Of a stretch of 64,000 nucleotides of DNA, positions 1-12,835 are shown piece by piece. Numbering within the stretch: position 1 is the first letter of the stretch; each line of letters starts with the position of its first letter. Position numbers and translations under genes: made by a program. Origin of the DNA: Stegostoma tigrinum (lineage: Eukaryota); contig NC_081375.1 in assembly GCF_030684315.1 (NCBI RefSeq), positions 11,170,252-11,234,251 on the forward strand, read 5' to 3'. The notes under the pieces were generated by a model, which worked only from the letters and a program-made list of their open reading frames with translations, made no database searches and was not told where the DNA came from.

Positions 1-456
1 TATCTAGCCACCATTGATTGTTCCAGCTCAAAGAAAGCAGAACAATAGGCAGGGTGAGGCTCAGGCCTCAGGGGCTATAGCCTCAGGATAAGGGGTCAGT
101 CATTTAAGGTTGCAATAAGGAGAAATCTCTTCACTCAGAAGGTGTCAATCTCCCACCTCAAAGGGGGATGGTTGCTAAGTGTGTGAGTGTGTCCAAAACT
201 GAAATTGATAGAATTCTGTACATGAAGGAAATCAAGGGATAACAGAATAAGACAGAGAAGTAGAAGTGATATAACGAAATGATGGCGCAGGCTCAATCAG
301 CCTTAGACTTACCTCTGCTTCATTATATTTTCTTTAGAATGCAAGGGGACCTACCTGATGTTCCGTCCAGTATAGATTTATTACACCCAGTGTAATTATG
401 ATGTGGGTATAATGCCCAGGTGCTCCCCCCTCAGGATCAAGACAGCCAAATGGAAG

Positions 457-690
457 GAGATAACACAGCGTGGAGCTGGAGGAACGTACCAGGCCAGGCA
501 GCATCAGAGGAGCAGGAAGGTTGATACTTCAGGTCGGGACCATTCTTCAGAAGGGTCTTCTTTTCTGAAGAAGGGTCCTGACCCGAAACACCAGCTTTCC
601 TGTTCCTCTGATGCTGCCTGGCCTGCTGCGTTCCTCCAGCTCCACGCTGTGCTATCTCTGTCTTTAGCATCTGCAGTTCTTACTGTCTCT
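457..690. repeat. Fold-back palindrome of two PLE tails with opposed HHR motifs
   Basis: 457-553 is the imperfect reverse complement of 562-658. Confidence 0.88.
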
Positions 691-1169
691 GAGCCAAATG
701 TAAGGAGTCTTTTTGGCACAAGCTCTAACTGAGGAACAACAACAGCAGCCGAAGAGCTAGTTCCATGAAGTCCGCTGTTGCTGGGTAACCTCTAGAAGAT
801 TGTCATGTGGCCAACACTGCTAAACTGCAGTTAACCTACATCAGCTCAATGTAAAAATGCAGTTGGTGCCCCTGTAATGTGTGCTGTCTGAAGGCGGAGT
901 GAGACTGTCACTCTTGAGTACACACTACAACCAGACGCAGAGTGAAGCCACTACATCAACTTCTGGCAGAGAAGGATATAGCTTGGACTATTGCTCCTCT
1001 ACTGGCATTTTGAAAGAGATAATTAATTATTCTAGCTTCACTGCTGTTTCTCCGCAGCCCAACAAATTCTTTCCTTTCAACTGTTGTTCAGTTTACTTTC
1101 AAAATTAACTATCTGTTTTTCCTCCATTTTAGACACTGCTTTCCAGATTGTAAGGAAAGGCAAAGTTGC

Positions 1170-1780
1170 TGTCATCTTACCAGATCATAGGGCTGCTCTC
1201 TCTCATTAGAGAGAGAGAGAGAGAGAGAGTGACAGAGAGAGACCGAGAGAAGAGATAGAGANNNNNNNNNNNNNNNNNNNNNNNNNNNNNNNNNNNNNNN
1301 NNNNNNNNNNNNNNNNNNNNNNNNNNNNNNNNNNNNNNNNNNNNNNNNNNNNNNNNNNNNNNNNNNNNNNNNNNNNNNNNNNNNNNNNNNNNNNNNNNNN
1401 NNNNNNNNNNNNNNNNNNNNNNNNNNNNNNNNNNNNNNNNNNNNNNNNNNNNNNNNNNNNNNNNNNNNNNNNNNNNNNNNNNNNNNNNNNNNNNNNNNNN
1501 NNNNNNNNNNNNNNNNNNNNNNNNNNNNNNNNNNNNNNNNNNNNNNNNNNNNNNNNNNNNNNNNNNNNNNNNNNNNNNNNNNNNNNNNNNNNNNNNNNNN
1601 NNNNNNNNNNNNNNNNNNNNNNNNNNNNNNNNNNNNNNNNNNNNNNNNNNNNNNNNNNNNNNNNAGGGTCACCACACCCAGGTGAGGGGAGAGGTTGAGA
1701 ACGATAGTCCTTCATAGTAACTTGAGTGGGTGCAGGAATTCAACCCCCATGTTGGTGTCACTTTGTATCAAAACCAGCCT
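1170..1780 (-). mobile_element. SINE-like element containing a (GA)n microsatellite and the assembly gap
   Basis: B-box-like GGGTTGAATTCC on the minus strand near 1740; (GA)n at 1208-1261. Confidence 0.5.
1262..1664. other. Assembly gap (403 N)
   Basis: Run of N next to a (GA)n tract. Confidence 1.
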
Positions 1781-1927
1781 CAGCTCTCTTGTCTCTTCAG
1801 ATTGTAATAACTTATTTGGTAAAACAAAACTCCTAATAGCCCTCTCTCTCCCAGTTCACCATACACGCCTGAATGTTTTAAATATCTACTTGTTAATGTT
1901 CATTTAACCTAACAGTCAGAAAATAGG

Positions 1928-2265
1928 GGAGGCAATGGCGTAATGGTATGATCGCCTGGCTGTTGATCCAGAGACGCAGATAATGTTCTGGGGACTCAGG
2001 TTTGAATCCCACAATGGCAGATGGTGGAGTTTGAATTCAATAAACATTTGGAATTAAGAATCTAATGAATCCATTGTTGATTGTCAGAAAAAACCCATCT
2101 GGTTCACTAATGTCCTTTAGGGAAGGAAACTGCCATCCTTACTTGGTCTAGCCTACATGTGACTCCAGACCCACGGCAATGTGGTTGGCTCTGAACTGCC
2201 CACTGGGATGGGCAATAAATGCTGCCCTAGCCAGCGACACCTCCATTCCATGAATGGATAAAAGG
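1928..2265 (+). mobile_element. tRNA-derived SINE, second family (copies also at about 10465-10735, 16850-17010, 19400-19690, 22185-22535(-), 54752-55085, 58300-58740(-), 59200-59512(-))
   Basis: A box TGGCGTAATGG, B box GGTTTGAATCC, shared body CCATCTGGTTCACTAATGTCCTTTAGGGAAGGAAA and tail GGGCAATAAATGCTG. Confidence 0.8.
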
Positions 2266-3684
2266 AGAAAATGTTGGACAACCTATTTCCAAGTGATTCC
2301 GTACTTCTGAGCTCCTTCCATATGCTGGGCCAGTGCAACCCTTTGTACTGAAGTGCTACGAGACATGGACAGACCCATTCAGCCTTGAACAGCTTATAAG
2401 ACAAACTGCATGCAGGTAAATGATCTTCACGAAGAGAACTTCGATATCTCCTGGTTCCCACCATCACAGTCGCATCCCTCTATAAAAGTGAATGAAAGCC
2501 TGAATATTTTGGAGATCAGGCAAGCCTAAAATCTGAATGAATTCAGATTGTTCCAAGACTGACAGTTTTAGAAAGCTTAATTACAGTGTTTGAAGCTGTG
2601 CTAGATTATAATTAGAAACAGATCATGAAAGAAATGTCTTATTCAGAAAGCCCTTTTGAACCCAAATGTTGTTCTCGATATAATGAATGAGTCTGGAACC
2701 TGGGTATAGACTAAGAAGTGACTAATACAACTTTATTTTACAGAGTCAGTGAGGTGCAGAGCTGGCCTGGATTGATAGAATACTTTGTTCATCGGCATCT
2801 GCATCTTGCAGTAATTGAAGGTGATGGGGACAAAGTGGAGTTGAAGATTATCAGATCAGCCATGATCTCGTTGAATGGCAAAATGCCTTGATGGGCTGAA
2901 TGGCCTAGTTCTGGTTCTTTGTCTAATGTCTTATCTGCTGTGCTTTTCACTTGGATTCACAGAAAAAAGGAAATGGTAATTTTTTTGTCATTTGCCAGTT
3001 TGTGGTGTCTAATGTCATAACATTTCTGTTGTTGCCTATTTTAATGAAGAAAGAACTCACAAAAATAAACATTACAAAAATGACGTTTTCTAATGTCTCT
3101 TCAACACACATGCTCCATCTCCTAAATGAAGACCTGTAATTATCCTCCTGTTCCTGCTACCTCCCCACGTAGAGAAGGGTTTGTGTATTCTCTTTGATTC
3201 AGCACACTGGGTGGTCCATTTCCCAATGACTCCCACTTCCACAGTGATAAGTGAAGAAAATGGGGACTAATTCACCAAAGAAAACACAGCAAGATGGTGA
3301 GAACATTCTCAATAATCTTCAGGCTTCACTTCAAAGCAACTCCATTGCTCCTGAATTTTTGATGTTCAAGTGAATAGACAACCTTCATATCCAGAGACAT
3401 TGAGATGATCTCTGCTGTTCAAATGGGTTGCTGTGGGATGTTCTCCAGCCAATTACCAATAGTGCATTTACCAAATACAATACCATTTCGAACACACATG
3501 CTGGACAAACCCATGCTTGGAACATTATCTGAGGAAGAGTCACTCAAACTGAAACATTAACTCTGATTTCTCTCCACAACCAGCTCTGCTGATCTCTTCC
3601 AACAATTTCGGTTTCTGTTTCTTGGAAGATTGTCAATTCTTTCAACGTGTGTGAAAATTGTGAGGTAGATTACCATTTTACATA

Positions 3685-4390
3685 AGAAACACAAAAGACA
3701 GGAGCAGGGGTAGGCCATTCAACCATTCGAACTTGCTCCACCATTAATTGATCACTGAGCTCAACACCCTAATCCTGCCCTCCCCATATATCCCTTGATC
3801 CCTTTAACCACAAGAGTTATATCTAATTCCTTCTTGAAAACACAGAATACTTTGGCCTTAACCACTTTCTGTATTAGTGAATTTCGCAAGTTCACCACAC
3901 TCTGGGTCTTAGAAGAAGCTTCTCCTCATCTCAGTTACAAAAGATTTATTCCTTAGCCTTAAACTATGACCCTTAGATCTGGACTCCCCCACCATCGGGA
4001 ATATCCTTCATGCATCTAACTTGTGGAATCCTGTCAGAACTTTATAATTTTCCACAAGACCTCCCATCATTCTTCTAAACTCCAGTTAGTGCAATTCTAA
4101 CCAACTCAATCTCTCCTCATACGTCAATTCTGTCATCCCAAATCACCCACCCTATATCAAGAACAAAAACAGTTCTGAGGAAGGGTCACTGGGCCAGAAA
4201 CGTTAACTTCATATATTTTCCTTCACAGATGCTGCCAGACCTGCTGAGCTTTTCCAGCAACTTTGTTTATGACCCTGATTTACAGCATCCCGCAGTTCTT
4301 TTGGTTTCCATATTAAGAACATCCTTCCTCAGATGAGGAGACAAAAACAGTATATAATATTCCAGGCATGGCCTCACCAATGCCCTGTAT
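3685..4390 (-). mobile_element. CR1-clade LINE 3' fragment
   Basis: Typical CR1 3' end in antisense (CATAAGAA...GGAGCAGGGGTAGGCCATTC...). Confidence 0.7.
4171..4310 (+). mobile_element. Short HHR-headed element (about 140 bp) inserted in CR1
   Basis: AGTT-CTGAGGA...GAAAC-GTT-AACT, with helix I AGTT/AACT; flanked by an imperfect duplication TATATCAAGAACA / CATATTAAGAACA. Confidence 0.75.
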
Positions 4391-4509
4391 TATAATTGAT
4401 TATTTGTTCTGTTAAAGATGTCTTGGACTGTCAGGTGTTAATTTCTGCATTCTAAGCAAACCAACATTCTCAATGCCAGTCTTGGACCGGGGAAGCAGTT
4501 CACTCAATT

Positions 4510-4915
4510 CAACCTCACTTCTGAGATCTGAGCACAAAATTCGCAACTGACGTACTCATGCAATAATGAAGAAGTTGCTCCACAATTTGAGGTGCTGTGT
4601 TTTGAAGGAAATGTGAAACTAAAATCCTGCTGTCTTTCCTCTTAAATGGATGCAAAAGGCCCAGTGCTAGTATTCCAAAAATGAAGAGGACTATCCCTGA
4701 AGTCCTCTCCAATATTTGTCCTTCATTCAGCAATACAAATATAAATTATCTGGTCATTATTACATTTCTATTTTGGGGAGCTTGTTTCGTACAAGTTGCC
4801 TGTCCCATTTCCAATATTACTACAATAATGAGCCTACAAGAAGTACCTTATTGGGTGTAAAGCACGTTGGGGAAGATGTGAAGTTGGGAAAGGTGCAAAA
4901 TAAATGCAAGGTCTA
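4510..4915 (+). mobile_element. Old Deu-domain SINE (SacSINE1-like); related copies at about 34010-34210 and 47415-47755
   Basis: Decayed match to the Deu-SINE consensus as recalled (...ATTATCTGGTCATTATTACATT...GGGAGCTTG...). Confidence 0.6.
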
Positions 4916-6889
4916 TTCTCCTAACACTGATACATGGGTGGACTTGAAAGCACATTTTTGCAGGTTTAGTTTGTGAGGCATGGCCCATTTTTATAAATAT
5001 TTATGTAACTTTGCTAAAATTCCCTGTGAATTAAATAACTCTCATTGCCTCCAGTAGTTCTGGTAATTCCATCATGCCAATTGTTCACAAAACAGTTCCA
5101 ATGTTAAAAAGGCTTGGAGATTTGCAAATCTGAGCAGACAGAATGTATCTTTTAAAGAGAAATCAGCTCTTATTCTGCATTGAGCATTTGCAAGTTGTCT
5201 GAGGCTTACAAATAATAAATAATGGCTGTTAATCAAATAGTTGAAGATTATGATGCTTAATGTAGGTATTTGCGGAAATGATATGAATGCTATTGATAAC
5301 TTACTGCAGTCTTTTTGTATTTGCAAATTAAAATTCACCTCCATGCATCAGTGCCTGTGGCTCTGCATCATCTATGTAATTGTAAAAGGGAGTTTGATGT
5401 TTCATTATGTACTGCACTGTCAATTGACTGATTTATTGTAATAATACTGTAACCACCCACACGTGAAATCATTAATGTGAGAAATGAAAGCATTGATCAA
5501 GCTTTGTATAACTTGAGTGAACTTGATAAGTACACAATATCAAAATTCCCCCATGCCCTCCCATTGATCAGAGGGATGTCAGGAAGGAAGATCAATTTAC
5601 CTCACATCTCATGGAAATTAGGAGAATGCATTTTTTTTAAAATGGGAATATTTCATAAAGAGTTTAAATAGAATGAATGCAGAGAACCTGGGGTTCCCAG
5701 TGATTGATGGGTCTATAATTAACAAGCAACAAGACGAATGAAAGAAGAACCACAAGGGGTCATAAGGATTTTTCACTTACAATCGGTGATTAGAATTTTG
5801 AATGCATCATCCTGAAGAATACAAATTCAATAATTTTCTTCAAAAGCGAGTTGGATAAATACTCAAAAGAAAAAATTTTCAGGGATATAGGGAAAGAGCA
5901 GGGAGAATGGGATTAACTGGATTGCTATTAAAAAAAAGCAACGCAAACTCAAAAGGCTGAACAGTGTCCTTTTGTGTTGTATTGGTCTATAATTCTTCAG
6001 TGCTAAATGTCTTGGCAGGTGGAACTAAATGGGGGACGGGTGGGTGGTGGGGCTTCAATGCAGTAAAGAGCAAATTACTGCCAATCCTGGAACCTGCACT
6101 GAAAACAAGAAGATCACAGCGAGTCAGGCAGCATCCACGAAGAGAGAGCAGGCTAATGTGTTGAGTCTAGATGACTCTTCATCAGAGCTGATGTGAAGTG
6201 TGGAGGGGACAGCATTTATGCAATACTAGGGGGTTGGAGTGCTGGGGGAGAAAGGGTGTTGATGGTGCAGATTAAGTGATTGGAATGTGAGCTTGGCAGA
6301 ACAATGGTGTGTCTGACTGCCAGACAGTCCCACTGGGGTTGGGGGTGGGGGGAACATAGTGACAAAGAACGTAACAAATAAAGCTAAAAGAAAGGGGAGA
6401 AATGGGAGTGGGTTCACAATCTGAAGGTGTTAAAGTGCCTAGTCTAAAGATAAGAGATAGTAAGAACTGCAGTTGCTGGAGTCAGAGCTAACACAGTGTG
6501 GAGCTGGAGGAACACAGCAGGTCAGGCAGCATCAAAGGAGCAGGAAAGCTGAGATTTTGGGTTGGGACCCTTCTTCAGAAATGTCTGAAGATGAGATGTT
6601 GTTCCTCGAGGTTGCACTGTGATTCGCTGGAACACTGCAGCGTGCTGAGGACAAACAAGTGGGCGTGTGAGCAGAGCGCTGTGTTAAAATGACTGGCCAC
6701 TAGAATGCAGTATGTTAAGATTCAATATTACAGGTAAGGCCAGGACTTAATGTTAAAAGATACATTTTGAGAGCTTTGCTGGATAAACCTGTAGGCAAAT
6801 GGTATGCACCTTGTGGAGCTGACCAGGAGAGTCTTTGGTCTGTGTTGAGCCAGTCATTGTCACTCATATAGGCAATGGGAGGTTGGCCT

Positions 6890-7693
6890 CAACCTTCGGG
6901 TGGCATCATTGTGGCAGTGCAGGAGGCCCATGATGGACATGTCAGGCTTCCTCTTCATTGGGGAAACCAAGCGGAGGCTTGGGGACCGCTTTGCAGAACA
7001 CCTCCGCTCAGTTCGCAACAAACAACTGCACCTCCCAGTCGCAAACCATTTCCACTTCCCCTCCCATTCTCTTGATGACATGTCCATCATGGGCCTCCTG
7101 CACTGCCACAATGATGCCACCCGAAGGTTGCAGGAACAGCAACTCATATTCCGCCTGGGAACCCTGCAGCCTAATGGTATCAATGTGGACTTCACCAGTT
7201 TCAAAATCTCCCCTTCCCCTACTGCATCCCTAAACCAGCCCAGTTCATCCCCTCCCCCCACTGCACCACACAACCAGCCCAGCTCTTCCCCCCCACCCAC
7301 TGCATCCCAAAACCAGTCCAACCTGTCTCTGCCTCCCTAACCGGTTCTTCCTCTCACCCATCCCTTCCTCCCACCCCAAGCCGCACCCCCAGCTACCTAC
7401 TAACCTCATCCCACCTCCTTGACCTGTCCGTCTTCCCTGGACTGACCTATCCCCTCCCTACCTCCCCACCTACACTCTCTCCACCTATCTTCTTTACTCT
7501 CCATCTTCGGTCCGCCTCCCCCTCTCTCCCTATTTATTCCAGTTCCCTCCCCCCATCCCCCTCTCTGATGAAGGGTCTAGGCCCGAAACGTCAGCTTTTG
7601 TGCTCCTGAGATGCTGCTTGGCCTGCTGTGTTCATCCAGCCTCACATTTTATTATCTTGGAATCTCCAGCATCTGCAGTTCCCATTATCTCTT
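6890..7693 (+). mobile_element. 5'-truncated Neptune-type Penelope-like element (GIY-YIG C-terminus, C-rich 3' UTR, HHR tail) with 55-bp inverted 5' piece
   Basis: Translates FIGETKRRLGDRFAEH...EQQLIFRLGTLQPNGIN; CpGs retained (young); HHR at 7565. Confidence 0.9.
7565..7592 (+). ncRNA. Minimal type I hammerhead ribozyme core
   Basis: CTGATGA-AGGGT-CTAG-GCCC-GAAAC-GTC: both catalytic boxes, helix II and palindromic ACGT helix III, in a PLE tail. Confidence 0.8.
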
Positions 7694-8274
7694 CCACTTA
7701 ATGTCAGTTAAAATTAGTGGGCATTCCTCCATACACCTTCCAGGACTTTGATCCCTTTCTGCAGTGATCCCTTTCTTGATCACCTCCCTTGAAGCAGTTT
7801 CCTTTGATGCCAAGTTGAAAGTAAGATGGGCAGATATTGTAGCTGGAAGAACTTACTTTCATCTTTTCTTGCTGTTATGTGATATCTTGCCAAGATGTAT
7901 ACCCCATGTTCAAAGAAATCAATATCCTTGGCTAACTACCCTTCCTGTCGACACACTGCTACAAAAGCACAAATAAAAATAGAACATTGTGGAAACAGGC
8001 TGAGTACACCAGGCAGCATCTGGAGAAAAACAGTTCATTCTTCAGCTTTACAAGCTTTCATCAGCAATGGATAAAGTTCAAGATGATAAGGTGAGTTTTC
8101 AGGCAGGGAATGGGAAGGAAGAGGAATGCAAAAGGTTGAGGTATGTGATGGAGTGTGTGGCAAGAATGATGACATGAGAAAATAAAAGTAGGGCAGAAAG
8201 AGAGGGACTGTGGAACAAAAAGTGGATCTCATCGTGTGAAAAGGAGAAAAGCAAAGTCCCTACCAGGACCTGTG

Positions 8275-8304
8275 CTGAGGAAGGGTCACCAAACCCGAAA
8301 CGTT
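8275..8304 (+). ncRNA. Minimal hammerhead core, CTGAGGA/GTT type
   Basis: CTGAGGA-AGGGT-CACCAA-ACCC-GAAAC-GTT followed by AACTCT. Confidence 0.7.
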
Positions 8305-9961
8305 AACTCTGACTTCTCTCCACAGACCGGTTGGGCCATTCCAACATTTCCTATTTTTGTTCCTGATTTACAGCATCTGGAGTTCTTTCGGTTTTCACTC
8401 CCAGCACCTGTTGTCCAAAATAACGGGTGTGCTGGGTCTATTTTGAAATGGTTGAACTCAAAGTTAAGTCCAGGAGACTGTAAAGTTTCTAGTTAAAATA
8501 TGAGTTGCTATTCCTCAAGGTTGTGTTGAGCTGCATTGGAACAGAGTAACAGGGTGAGGACAAGAAGCTCGGGGTGGGGGGGAAGTGGGATGGAGAATTA
8601 AAGTGAAAAGTGGCTGGAAGCTCAACATACTTTGTGAATTGCATGTGTATGTTCCACAAACTGATCACCACATTTGTACTGAGCTTCCCCAGTGTATAGG
8701 AGACTGACCAAGATGTTGCAGTTTTATCATACTATTTTAACAGGTATCCAAGATGGTGCCAGAGAGTGGCAACTCTTTGCAAATAGCACTCAGACCAAAA
8801 ATTTTCACTATATTTGGGGACATGTGACAATAAATCTAAATCTAAAGCTAATCTAAACATTTGAACAGTGACAACCTAGTTCAAAGAAGTACAAGTAAAT
8901 TGCTATTTCCTCTGTGAAGTACTGTAACTGTACTGGTATTATTGCCTTGAATTGTAAGACAGTATAAGCTGCTTGTCTTGTAAGACTAATTGCAATATTA
9001 TTATAAGCTACACGCTTCACTATGTTTTATTTTCCTGTCAGATGATGGATCAGTCACAGCAGTCTGTCAGTTTCAGAACAATGTCACCAATGTGAAATTT
9101 ACACTGTGCAATTTCTTCGAGCTTACATCCATAATAGTGGCAGCCAAAAGGCAAATTCAACAAGTCAGCACTTAGTCTCATCGATTTGCACAGAACGGCA
9201 GCAAAGAAACTCATTGAAAGATCCAGGCTTTGATAAGTGATGAATCATCTTTACTTTGCGAGGACATATACAATTGCAAATACATTGGATTTACAGCACA
9301 CTTCTGACCAAGTGGACCGGGATTTATGCTCCAAACAAGTCTAATGGTCTGAAGGACAAATAGTGAGGAGGCATGAGTAGTTCAATTGACTCATAATTTC
9401 AAATCCTGTCGTCACTTTGGAGATGACATTTATGTACTGATTATTTTATTTCAATTATCCTATTCAGGAATATTATGACCCACCTTTGAAGCTGGAACTT
9501 GAACTTGGGCCTCCTGACTCAGAGTCAGGGACACTACCACTACATCATAAGAGCCCCTTGTCTACCCAATATTGTAATGCATTGATTAGGGCAGCCTGCT
9601 CACTGATTTAAGTGAGCGCCATCTTGTTGCTGTTCATGAGGTTTTGCCAAATATAAAACAGGCATCACATTTGTCAACATAACAACAGTCAGCACACTTT
9701 AGGATATGTGAAATGCTTTGTCAAATTAAAGAGATCGGATAAGGAACTTTATGAGTAGAAATGTTTCTGCCTTAGTGGTCAGTCTATTTTAAAAAGATCA
9801 GTGGCTGTTAAAACTCACACGAATCCATTAATCAATCCAGTATATCTGTCCAGCTGAAACTCAGCCACAAGGACATATACCTTTACAAATATCTCTCTGA
9901 TGGCCTTACGCTGGTGGTTATGTTTGCTGACCTCAGAAGGAGTACAAGAAAGTGCAGTGAA

Positions 9962-10179
9962 TGTAACAAGGTCAGCAACTTGGACCTAATAGAATATGAG
10001 TTCCCTGATAGGGGCCGTTAACCTGGTCCAATTTGTGAGTCCTGGCTGACAGATATAAACCGGTATTTTGTTCATTTTGAGAGCTGGCTGTGTGGAAGCC
10101 AGACTATTGTCACGTACTATGCACATGTAAATAAAGGGTGGGTTGGAGATGGAATGCCAGCCTCTGTGGAGCTATTTCA
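9962..10179 (+). mobile_element. Possible solo LTR (218 bp)
   Basis: TGTAAC...TTTCA termini with internal TATAAA then AATAAA; no clean TSD. Confidence 0.4.
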
Positions 10180-11474
10180 GAACGGTAAAGATAGGTGGAG
10201 CAGCTTTCCAAAGGTGGATACACAAAATGACCTACTGCTACTTGATCACATAACCTGAAGTGAATCAGACACTTGTCCAGGAGTGATTTTTAAAAACTGC
10301 ATTTTTACGATAATTCCAAAACCATCTGACATCTCAAAATGCCTCACAGCCAATTAAGCAATTTTTGAAATGCACTCACTGCTATAAAGTAGCATGAACG
10401 CAACAGTCTAGCCAGCAATGCCCTCATACTGTGAATGAATAAAGGAAAATAAAAATGTTCTATGGACCTGGGTTTAAATCTCACCACAATGGATGGTGAA
10501 ATCTGACTTCAACTGAAAAGAAAAATCTGGAATTTATGACCATGAATCCATTGTCAATTGTTGGAAAAACCCATCTGGTTCACTGATGGCTTTTAGGGAA
10601 GGAAACTGCCGTCCTTACCCAATGTGACCTACATGTGGTTCCAGAACAACAGCGATGTAAGTTGGCGCTTCAGTTAGGTTTGGGCAATAAATGCTGCTCT
10701 AGTCAGTGACACCCTCATCCCTTGAATGAATAAAAAACATTGAATTTTAATGTCTTTTAAGAGCTGAAGCAGTATTTTACCCTAATGATGCAATCTCCAA
10801 TGCAGAATCCTAGCAATAATCTGGGTCTGATACAGAAAAGTTCTTCTGTGAAAACATACTTCAAAAGTATATAACTACTGGGTTTTTACAAGCTTAAACA
10901 CAATAAAGAAAAATACTAGTAATGATGTTCCAGTAATTGCAATGCGTGAAAGTCTTGCTGGATTTCTTCCAATATTGACCTCAAAAGCTGCAAAATTATA
11001 ACTGTTTTAAATCTTAAAATCTAGGACAGCAGCAGCTGGAAACAATTCCAAACCTATCATTTCAAACTCAGATTCTAATACTATTTCTAAATGACTTAAA
11101 GCCTTGACAATTTTTTGTTTGGACGCTGTGTCTGTTATTTGAAATAAAAACCTTTGGAATGAACTGTAGACCCTCCCAAGTGTTTTATTCCACATATTTA
11201 TAGCAATGCACATAAACCAGTTGACCTTGACCTGTTTAGGAACAACTTGGTAGGAATTTCACGACACACAGTGATCATTCACCCTTCTGTACATGTCATT
11301 AAGAGATATCTAGCTTAATTTGCTTTCTAGCTCTTGGTCAGTAGCTCTGAAGGTCATATAAGTCAAGCATATATCCAAGTTTTTTCATAAATGAGATGAG
11401 GGTTTCTGCCTCCAGCAGTGAGTTTAAGACCTCCACTACCCTCCTGGTGAAAATAATTCTCCTGAAGACAAAGA

Positions 11475-12835
11475 GCCCTAGAGTCTTTTAGCACAGAAAC
11501 AGGCCATTCAGCCTATCATGGTTATACTGGTCATCATGCACCTATCTAATCCAGTCCCATTTTCCACCACTTGGCACATAGTTTTGTATGCAGTGAAGAT
11601 CCATGAGATCTTCTAAATATTTCTTAAATGTTGTGATTGTTCCTGTCTCTATCACCCTTTCAGGAAGTAAGTTCTAGATACTCACCACCCTCTGAGTGAA
11701 CAATGTTTTTCTTAAGTCCCCTCTAAGCATGTTTACTTTACCTTAAATCTAATGTAACCATAATTACTGATCACTCTACAGTGGGGAAAAGTTTCTTCCT
11801 ATTTACCCTATCTATGTTCTTCATAATTTTGTACACCTCAATCAGGTACCCATCAGCCTTCTCTGCTGGAAGGAAAACAGACCCAACATATCTTCATTGC
11901 TGAATCACTCCAGTCCAGGCAACATCCTGTTCACCTGCACATCTGCCAATGTGGTATACTGTATCCATTGTACCCGGTGTGGCTTCCTCTACATTGGGGA
12001 AACCAAGCGGAAACTTGGGGACCGCTTTGCAGAACACCTGCGCTCGGTTCGCAACAAACAACTGCACCTCCTAGTCGCAAACCATTTCCACTCCCCCTGC
12101 CATTCCTCAGACGACATGTCCATCATGGGCCTCCTGCAGTGCCACAATGATGCCACCCAAAGGTTGCAGGAACAGCAACTCATACTCCACTTGGGAACCC
12201 TGCAGCCCAACGGTCTCAATGTGGACTTCAAGATTACAAAGTGTGGAGCTGGAAGAGCACAGCAGGCCAAGCAGCATCTCAGGAGCACAAAAGCTGACGT
12301 TTTGGGCCTAGACCCTTCATCAGAGAGGATGATGAAGGGTCTAGGCCCGAAATGTCAGCTTTTGTGCTCCTGAGATGCTGCTTGGCCTGCTATGTTCATC
12401 CAACTTCACACTTTGTTATCCTGGTGAATGTCCTCTGCACCTTGTCCTGTGTAGTCACATCCTTCCTGTAGTGTGGTGACCACATCCACACACGGTACCC
12501 CAGCTACGGCCTAACTAATGCCATATGCAGCTCCTTTGTAACCCCACAGCTCTTGCACTCAACGCCTCACTTAATAAAGGCTATAGTCTATATTCCTTCT
12601 TCACCACCTTATCCGCCTGTCACATTGCCCTCAAGAATTTATGGGCATGCACACCAAGGTCCCTCTGATCCTCTGTGCTTCCCAGAGTCCTGCCATGCAT
12701 TGTGTATTCCTTTGTCTTGTTCATCTCCCTAAATGAAGCACCTCACATTTTTCGGGACTAAATTCCATTTGCCCTTGATCATCCGATCAGTTTGTCTGTA
12801 TGAAGCTTTCCTCCTCACTATTAACCTTATCACTA
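11475..12835 (-). mobile_element. CR1-clade LINE fragment interrupted by a PLE
   Basis: CCAGGCAACATCCTG continues as GTGAATGTCCTCTGCACC across the insertion. Confidence 0.7.
11930..12420 (+). mobile_element. Rearranged Neptune-type PLE fragment (GIY-YIG part plus palindromic tail) inserted in a CR1 fragment
   Basis: NVVYCIHCTRCGFLYIGET motif; ATCCTG on both sides (11924-11929 and 12418-12423). Confidence 0.88.

Noticed and set aside
1172-1715. Long ORFs across the N run
   Set aside because: Artefact of the assembly gap.
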